DNA of 4,005 nt, from positions 1 to 4,005 of IMG/VR virus record IMGVR_UViG_2778261504_000006; one strand, given 5' to 3'. Origin of the DNA: a virus. Lineage: Duplodnaviria > Heunggongvirae > Uroviricota > Caudoviricetes. Shown in pieces: positions 1-4,005 of this stretch. A program made the translations under genes and the position numbers. How positions within the stretch are numbered: position 1 is the stretch's first letter; each line of letters opens with the position of its first letter. Below the pieces are notes generated by a model. That model saw only the letters and a program-made list of their open reading frames with translations, was not told where the DNA came from and ran no database searches.

Positions 1-807
1 CCGGGCTACGTCAAGCCGAAACACGAATTTAATTACCAGCAGGCGGTTGAGCGTCTTCCCGGTGAAGATCCGGCTCAGCTGAACGACCCGGCCTACCGTC
101 GTCTGCGTATCATCACTGATAACCTCAAACAGGAAGAGCACGCCATTGTCCAGGTGGAAGAAATGCAGGCGGTGAATGCCGTGCTGTATGGCAAATATAC
201 GATGGAAGGAGACCAGTTCGAGAAAATTGAGGTCGATTTTGGCAGGTCGACGAAGAATAACATCACTCAGGGTAGTGGTAAGGAGTGGTCAAAACAGGAT
301 CGTGACACGTTCGATCCTATACATGATCTTGACCTCTACTGCGACCAGGCCAGCGGTCTTGTGAATATTGCCATTATGGACGGTACCGTCTGGCGTCTTC
401 TGAATGGTTTTAAGCTGTTCCGCGAAAAACTGGATACCCGTCGCGGTTCAAATTCTCAACTCGAAACGGCAGTGAAAGATCTGGGCGCAGTGGTGTCCTT
501 CAAGGGGTATTACGGCGATCTGGCCATTGTGGTGGCGAAAACGTCTTATATAGCAGAAGACGGTATCGAAAAACGTTATCTGCCGGAGGGCATGCTGGTT
601 CTGGGGAATACTGCTGCAGATGGGATCCGTTGTTACGGTGCCATTCAGGATGCGCAGGCGTTGTCCGAAGGTGTGGTGGCCTCTTCCCGTTATCCGAAAC
701 ACTGGCTGACGGTAGGGGATCCCGCCCGTGAATTTACCATGACGCAGTCCGCGCCGCTGATGGTGTTGCCGGACCCGGATGAGTTTGTGGTGGTACAGGT
801 GAAATAA
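1..807 (+). CDS. E: Major capsid protein, lambda gpE family (HK97-fold); 5' partial, the gene continues upstream of the window. The ATG at 154 in the ORF track is internal, not the start.
   Basis: Frame 1 is open from nt 1 and translates PGYVKPKHEFNYQQAVERLPGEDPAQLNDPAYRRLRIITDN...EEMQAVNAVLYGKYTM...DPAREFTMTQSAPLMVLPDPDEFVVVQVK, near-collinear with the C-terminal two thirds of lambda gpE as I recall it. Stop TAA at 805-807. Confidence 0.95.
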   Translation, partial: PGYVKPKHEFNYQQAVERLPGEDPAQLNDPAYRRLRIITDNLKQEEHAIVQVEEMQAVNAVLYGKYTMEGDQFEKIEVDFGRSTKNNITQGSGKEWSKQDRDTFDPIHDLDLYCDQASGLVNIAIMDGTVWRLLNGFKLFREKLDTRRGSNSQLETAVKDLGAVVSFKGYYGDLAIVVAKTSYIAEDGIEKRYLPEGMLVLGNTAADGIRCYGAIQDAQALSEGVVASSRYPKHWLTVGDPAREFTMTQSAPLMVLPDPDEFVVVQVK

Positions 808-814
808 TCCGTGA

Positions 815-845
815 GCGGGGGCGAAATGCCCCCGTGTCTTTTTTC
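815..845 (+). terminator. Intrinsic-terminator-like hairpin plus T-tract in the E-FI intergenic gap (possible partial terminator or mRNA 3' stabiliser)
   Basis: GGGGGC (817-822) pairs with GCCCCC (828-833) around a 5-nt loop GAAAT; the stem extends by C816:G834 and G815:T835. It is followed by GTC and then TTTTTT (839-844). It sits 8 nt after the E stop codon. Confidence 0.45.
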
Positions 846-847
846 AC

Positions 848-854
848 AGGGGGA
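848..854 (+). promoter_or_regulatory. Ribosome-binding site for the FI-like gene
   Basis: AGGGGGA lies 4 nt upstream of the ATG at 859. Confidence 0.5.
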
Positions 855-858
855 TGAT

Positions 859-1233
859 ATGGCAACGAAAGAGCAAAATCTGAAACGGCTTGATGAACTG
901 GCCCTGATTCTGGGGCGTGAGCCGGATATATCCGGGAGTGCCGCAGAGATAGCGCAGCGGGTGGCGGAATGGGAAGAGGAAATACAGTCATCCGGCGAGG
1001 ATGTTCAGGTTGGGGATACGGTGATCCGGGAGCGGGAAACCGCGGCTCATGATGTTCGTGAGGATACATCCGGTGCGTTAACGCGCATCAGAGTTCTGAC
1101 CTGCCTCCATCTCTGTGGCATTGATGGTGAAACAGGGGAATCCGTTGAGATTGCGGATGTTGGTCGGGTGATTCTGATTATGTCCTCAGATGCAAAAACA
1201 CACGTTGATGGCGGAATGGCTGTTTATGCGTGA
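859..1233 (+). CDS. FI: DNA-packaging / head-completion protein, lambda gpFI-like (diverged)
   Basis: Occupies the position between E and FII and has lambda FI size (124 aa). It is acidic with a Gly/Ser/Glu-rich central linker (MATKEQNLKRLDELALILG...EWEEEIQSSGEDVQ...), resembling the FI domain architecture. Start is set at ATG 859, which has an RBS, rather than ATG 811, which would make the protein begin inside the hairpin. Stop TGA at 1231-1233. Confidence 0.75.
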   Translation: MATKEQNLKRLDELALILGREPDISGSAAEIAQRVAEWEEEIQSSGEDVQVGDTVIRERETAAHDVREDTSGALTRIRVLTCLHLCGIDGETGESVEIADVGRVILIMSSDAKTHVDGGMAVYA

Positions 1234-1579
1234 TTTTCAGAATGCCTTTGATGCTGCCCTTGCCGGGGTGGACAGTACGATTGTTGAAGTGATGGGGCTC
1301 TGTGCACAGTTCACCTCGGGGGCACAGTGTGGCAGCGAAGTTCAGGGGGTTTTTGACGATCCGGAGTCGCTGGGATTTGCCGGTAGCGGGGTCCGTATTG
1401 AAGGAAGCAGCCCGTCATTATTTGTGCGGACGGATACGGTTCGTGCTGTGCGGCGTGGTGACACGCTGACCATTAATGGTGAGACGTTCTGGGTGGATCG
1501 TGTTTCTCCGGATGACGGGGGCAGCTGTTATCTCTGGCTCAACCGTGGGCAACCACCCGCCGTTAACCGGCGACGATAA
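1226..1579 (+). CDS. FII: Head-tail joining (head completion) protein, lambda gpFII family
   Basis: Translation MRDFQNAFDAALAGVD...GVFDDPESLGFAGSGVRIEGSSPSLFVRTDTVRAVRRGDTLTINGETFWVDRVSPDDGGSCYLWLNRGQPPAVNRRR is near-collinear with lambda gpFII (MADFDNLFDAA...PPAVNRRR). Start ATG 1226 is chosen by homology; the in-frame ATGs at 1190 and 1208 are less likely. The start overlaps the FI stop (ATGCGTGA). Confidence 0.9.
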   Translation: MRDFQNAFDAALAGVDSTIVEVMGLCAQFTSGAQCGSEVQGVFDDPESLGFAGSGVRIEGSSPSLFVRTDTVRAVRRGDTLTINGETFWVDRVSPDDGGSCYLWLNRGQPPAVNRRR

Positions 1580-1583
1580 ACGC

Positions 1584-1590
1584 AGGGTGA
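1584..1590 (+). promoter_or_regulatory. Ribosome-binding site for Z
   Basis: AGGGTGA lies 4 nt upstream of the ATG at 1595. Confidence 0.5.
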
Positions 1591-1594
1591 AATT

Positions 1595-2170
1595 ATGGCG
1601 ATAAAAGGGCTTGAGCAGGCGATTGATAATCTGAGCCGGGTTCGTAAAAACGCCATTCCGGCGGCTTCTGCAATGACCATTAACCGCGTGGCCACAACGG
1701 CGATTAATCAGTCTTCATCACAGGTTGCCCGGGAAACCAGGGTGAGACGGAAACTGGTTAAGGAACGGTCCAGACTGAAACGGGCCACGGTCAGAAATCC
1801 GAATGCCAGAATTATCGTTAACCGCGGTGATCTCCCTGCTATTAAGCTGGGGATCAGGATGCTTGGTCATCGTCCGAACAGCATACTTAAAGCCGGTCAG
1901 CATCGTTATCAGCGGGCATTCATCCAGCGATTAAATAATGGGCGCTGGCATGTTATGCAACGTTTGCCAGAAGCCCGGTATGCGAAGGGCAATGACGATA
2001 AAGGAAGGAAAAAGCGTAATCGTCTTCCCATTCAGGTGGTTAAAATTCCGATGGCGGCCCCACTGAAGCAGGCTTTTGATGAGAACGTTAACCGTATCCG
2101 GCGAGAACGTCTGCCAAAAGAACTGGGCTATGCGTTGAAACAACAACTAAGGATTGTGATAAAGCGATGA
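1595..2170 (+). CDS. Z: Tail completion protein, lambda gpZ family
   Basis: The N-terminus MAIKGLEQAIDNLSRVRKNAIPAASAMTINRVATTAINQSSSQVARETRVRRKLVKERSRLKRATV and the C-terminus [25 protein letters not shown] closely match lambda gpZ as I recall it. The central segment is more diverged. Stop TGA at 2168-2170. Confidence 0.93.
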   Translation: MAIKGLEQAIDNLSRVRKNAIPAASAMTINRVATTAINQSSSQVARETRVRRKLVKERSRLKRATVRNPNARIIVNRGDLPAIKLGIRMLGHRPNSILKAGQHRYQRAFIQRLNNGRWHVMQRLPEARYAKGNDDKGRKKRNRLPIQVVKIPMAAPLKQAFDENVNRIRRERLPKELGYALKQQLRIVIKR

Positions 2171-2562
2171 AACATACTGATATCCGTGCTGCAGTGCTGG
2201 ATGCACTCGAGCAGCATGAACACGGGGCGACGCTGTTTGATGGTCGCCCCGCTGTTTTTGATGAGGCGGATTTTCCGGCAATTGCTGTTTATCTCACCGG
2301 CGCTGAATACACGGGCGAAGCGCTGGACAGCGATACCTGGCAGGCGGAGCTGCATATTGAAGTTTTCCTGCCTGCTCAGGTGCCGGATTCAGAGCTGGAT
2401 TCGTGGATGGAAAGCCGGATTTATCCGGCGATGAGTGCGATCCCGGCACTGTCAGGCCTGATTACCACGATGGTTACGCAGGGCTATGAGTATCGTCGTG
2501 ATGACGATATGGCGTTATGGAGTTCTGCTGATTTGACTTATTCCATTACATACGAGATGTGA
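2167..2562 (+). CDS. U: Tail terminator (tail tube terminator) protein, lambda gpU family
   Basis: [87 protein letters not shown]...[22 protein letters not shown] is near-identical in layout to lambda gpU. The start ATG overlaps the Z stop (ATGA). Confidence 0.95.
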   Translation: MKHTDIRAAVLDALEQHEHGATLFDGRPAVFDEADFPAIAVYLTGAEYTGEALDSDTWQAELHIEVFLPAQVPDSELDSWMESRIYPAMSAIPALSGLITTMVTQGYEYRRDDDMALWSSADLTYSITYEM

Positions 2563-2565
2563 GGA
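2561..2565 (+). promoter_or_regulatory. Ribosome-binding site for V, overlapping the U stop codon
   Basis: GAGGA at 2561-2565 shares bases with the U stop TGA (2560-2562) and lies 4 nt upstream of the ATG at 2570. Confidence 0.6.
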
Positions 2566-2569
2566 CGAT

Positions 2570-3322
2570 ATGCCAACACCAAATCCTCTGGCACCGGTAA
2601 AAGGTGCCGGTACCACCCTGTGGGTTTATAACGGTCAGGGTGATGCCTATGCAAACCCGTTGTCAGACGATAACTGGCAGCGACTGGCACAGGTAAAGGA
2701 TCTGACGCCGGGCGAGATGACGGCAGAACCCTACGATGATAACTACCTGGATGATGAAGACGCGGACTGGACCGCGACCGGGCAGGGGCAGAAGTCTGCA
2801 GGAGATACCAGTTTTACGCTGGCCTGGAAACCGGGAGAAGAAGGTCAGAAAGGGCTTATAGGCTGGTTTGAAAGCGGGGATGTGCGGGCCTATAAAATCC
2901 GTTTCCCGAACGGCACGGTGGATGTGTTCCGTGGCTGGGTCAGCAGTATCGGTAAGGCCGTAACGGCGAAGGAAGTGATCACCCGTACGGTGAAAGTGAC
3001 CAACGTGGGTAAACCTTCTGTGGCGGAAGAACGCAGCGAAATTACGCCGGTCACTGCGATTAAGGTGACGCCGACATCTGGTACGGTGGCAAAAGGGAAA
3101 ACAACAACCCTGACGGTTTCTTTTGAGCCGGAAAGTGCAACCGACAAAACGTTCAGAGCGGTTTCCGCCGATCCGTCAACGGGAACCATTGCTGTGAAAG
3201 ATATGGCGATCACTGTGACGGGGGTTAAGGCTGGAAAAGTGAGTATCCCCGTGATTTCCGGTAATGGTCAGTTTGCCACGGTAGCTGAAGTCACCGTTAC
3301 TGAAGCGGGCGCTGCAGGGTAA
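2570..3322 (+). CDS. V: Major tail tube protein, lambda gpV family, with a C-terminal Ig-like (Big_2-type) domain
   Basis: [86 protein letters not shown]...[40 protein letters not shown] matches lambda gpV. The C-terminal part (...[64 protein letters not shown]) has the Thr/Val-rich beta-sandwich pattern of the lambda gpV C-terminal Ig-like domain. Stop TAA at 3320-3322. Confidence 0.95.
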   Translation: MPTPNPLAPVKGAGTTLWVYNGQGDAYANPLSDDNWQRLAQVKDLTPGEMTAEPYDDNYLDDEDADWTATGQGQKSAGDTSFTLAWKPGEEGQKGLIGWFESGDVRAYKIRFPNGTVDVFRGWVSSIGKAVTAKEVITRTVKVTNVGKPSVAEERSEITPVTAIKVTPTSGTVAKGKTTTLTVSFEPESATDKTFRAVSADPSTGTIAVKDMAITVTGVKAGKVSIPVISGNGQFATVAEVTVTEAGAAG

Positions 3323-3324
3323 AC

Positions 3325-3330
3325 GGAGGT
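3325..3330 (+). promoter_or_regulatory. Ribosome-binding site for G
   Basis: GGAGGT lies 5 nt upstream of the ATG at 3336. Confidence 0.6.
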
Positions 3331-3335
3331 AATAC

Positions 3336-3767
3336 ATGTTTCTGAAAACCGAACAATTTGAATATAACGGTGTGTCCGTCACGCTTTCCGAGCTGTCTGC
3401 GCTGCAGCGTATCGAGCATCTTGCCCTGCTGAAACGGCGTGCAGAACAGGCTGAAGCCAGCGGTAACCTGCAGGTGAGCGTGGAAGACCTTGTCAGAACC
3501 GGCGCGTTTCTGGTGGCGATGTCCCTGTGGCATAACCATCCACAGAAAACGGAGTCACCATCAATGAATGAGGCTGTGATGCAGATCGAACAGGAGGTGC
3601 TCACCACCTGGCCTGCTGATGCCATTGCCCGGGCGGAAGACGTGGTGTTGCGTCTGTCCGGGATGAGCGGGGCTGTTCATGTGGATACGGATATCACCGA
3701 AGTGGCGAAAAATAACGCGCTTACTGATGATGATTTTTCTGCGGGAAAGTCTTCGACGGCGAGCTGA
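3336..3767 (+). CDS. G: Tail assembly chaperone, lambda gpG family (zero-frame product)
   Basis: MFLKTEQFEYNGVSVTLSELSALQRIEHLALLKRRAEQAEASGNLQVSVEDLVRTGAFLVAMSLWHNHPQKTESPSMNEAVMQIEQEVLTTWP...SAGKSSTAS matches lambda gpG, including the conserved ...SAGK ending where the frameshift occurs. Stop TGA at 3765-3767. Confidence 0.95.
   Translation: MFLKTEQFEYNGVSVTLSELSALQRIEHLALLKRRAEQAEASGNLQVSVEDLVRTGAFLVAMSLWHNHPQKTESPSMNEAVMQIEQEVLTTWPADAIARAEDVVLRLSGMSGAVHVDTDITEVAKNNALTDDDFSAGKSSTAS
3743..3749 (+). other. -1 programmed ribosomal frameshift slippery heptamer G GGA AAG (G to G-T recoding site)
   Basis: GGGAAAG at 3743-3749 sits in the G frame as gcG GGA AAG, encoding the terminal Gly-Lys of the shared region. 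This is the same heptamer and position as the lambda G/T frameshift site. The -1 frame is open from here to the window end and encodes a T homolog. Confidence 0.9.
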
Positions 3768-4005
3768 ATTTTGCCCTCAGACTGGCGCGAGAGATGGGGA
3801 GGCCTGACTGGCGCGCCATGCTTGCCGGGATGACATCCACCGAATATGCCGACTGGCGACATTTTTACCGTACGCATTATTTTCACGATACCCAGCTGGA
3901 TATGCATTTTTCCGGGCTGACGTACGCCGTACTCAGCCTGTTTTTTTGCGATCCGGATATGCATCCCTCTGATTTCAGTCTGCTTGTCCCCCGGCATGAG
4001 GAAGA
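3749..4005 (+). CDS. T: Tail assembly protein T, made only as the C-terminal part of the gpG-T fusion after a -1 frameshift at 3743-3749; 3' partial at the window edge
   Basis: The -1 frame from 3749 translates VFDGELNFALRLAREMGRPDWRAMLAGMTSTEYADWRHFYRTHYFHDTQLDMHFSGLTYAVLSLFFCDPDMHPSDFSLLVPRHEE, near-collinear with the T part of lambda gpGT (VFDGELSFALKLAREMGRPDWRAMLAGM...). It has no start codon or RBS of its own and is open to nt 4005. Confidence 0.9.

Noticed and set aside
176-364. Plus-strand 62-aa ORF in an alternative frame within E
   Set aside because: It is nested out of frame inside the capsid gene, whose reading frame is confirmed by homology along its full length.
448-702. Minus-strand ORF (84 aa) inside the capsid gene
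   Set aside because: It lies entirely antisense to the strongly supported E gene and has no recognisable RBS or homology. Antisense ORFs of this size are expected by chance at this GC content.
811-858. Upstream in-frame start (ATG 811) for the FI-like ORF
   Set aside because: A start here would place the ATG 3 nt after the E stop and make the protein begin inside the hairpin, with no RBS. ATG 859 is preceded by AGGGGGA and gives a protein of lambda-FI size.
734-1069. Minus-strand ORF (111 aa, Pro-rich) spanning the E end, the hairpin and the FI start
   Set aside because: It is antisense to two well-supported genes and to the terminator-like hairpin. Its low-complexity, Pro-rich translation is typical of an antisense artefact of GC-rich coding sequence.
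1190-1225. Upstream in-frame starts (ATG 1190 and 1208) for FII
   Set aside because: Homology to the lambda gpFII N-terminus (MADFDNLFDAA against MRDFQNAFDAA) begins exactly at ATG 1226. The upstream extensions would overlap the FI C-terminus with no homolog support.
1718-2355. Three minus-strand ORFs (61, 71 and 75 aa) across Z and U
   Set aside because: They are antisense to genes with strong collinear homology to lambda Z and U, and have no initiation signals or recognisable domains.
2186-2434. Plus-strand 82-aa ORF in an alternative frame within U
   Set aside because: It is out of frame inside U. The Cys/Arg-rich translation is not protein-like, and the U frame is supported by homology.
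2890-3625. Minus-strand ORFs (107, 149 and 80 aa) across V and G
   Set aside because: They are antisense to the V and G coding regions. Their translations are low-complexity Ser/Cys/Arg-rich and have no start-site support.
3677-3997. Minus-strand 106-aa ORF opposite the T region
   Set aside because: It is antisense to the frameshifted T reading frame, which has clear homology to the lambda gpGT C-terminal part. There is no independent support.
1-4005. Possible novel defence or anti-defence system, CRISPR array, tRNA, or mobile element
   Set aside because: No direct or inverted repeats of array or IS type, no tRNA-like cloverleaf candidates and no unexplained intergenic space were seen. Every sizeable ORF is accounted for by a lambda structural homolog, so claiming a novel system would be unsupported.

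Overview
This window is a contiguous, tightly packed lambda-like (lambdoid Siphoviridae) late morphogenetic module, all on the + strand, in the canonical order E (major capsid, 5' truncated by the window edge) - FI - FII - Z - U - V - G - T (3' truncated). Calls rest on my own recognition of the translated ORFs against remembered phage lambda proteins (gpE, gpFII, gpZ, gpU, gpV, gpG and the frameshifted T part of gpGT); no database search was run. Coding density is about 97% and the four non-overlapping intergenic gaps are 7-51 nt, with two further junctions overlapping, so there is no room for an inserted moron, defence or anti-defence cassette. I do not see an undescribed system here. Points worth a second look are all within known lambdoid biology: the G/T -1 programmed frameshift site (GGGAAAG), a GC-rich hairpin plus T-tract immediately after the capsid gene, an FI-like protein and a central Z segment that look more diverged from lambda than their neighbours (mosaicism), and the Ig-like C-terminal domain of V. 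The source is most likely a lambdoid phage or prophage of an enterobacterial host (GC near 50%, E. coli-like codon usage), but this is an inference.
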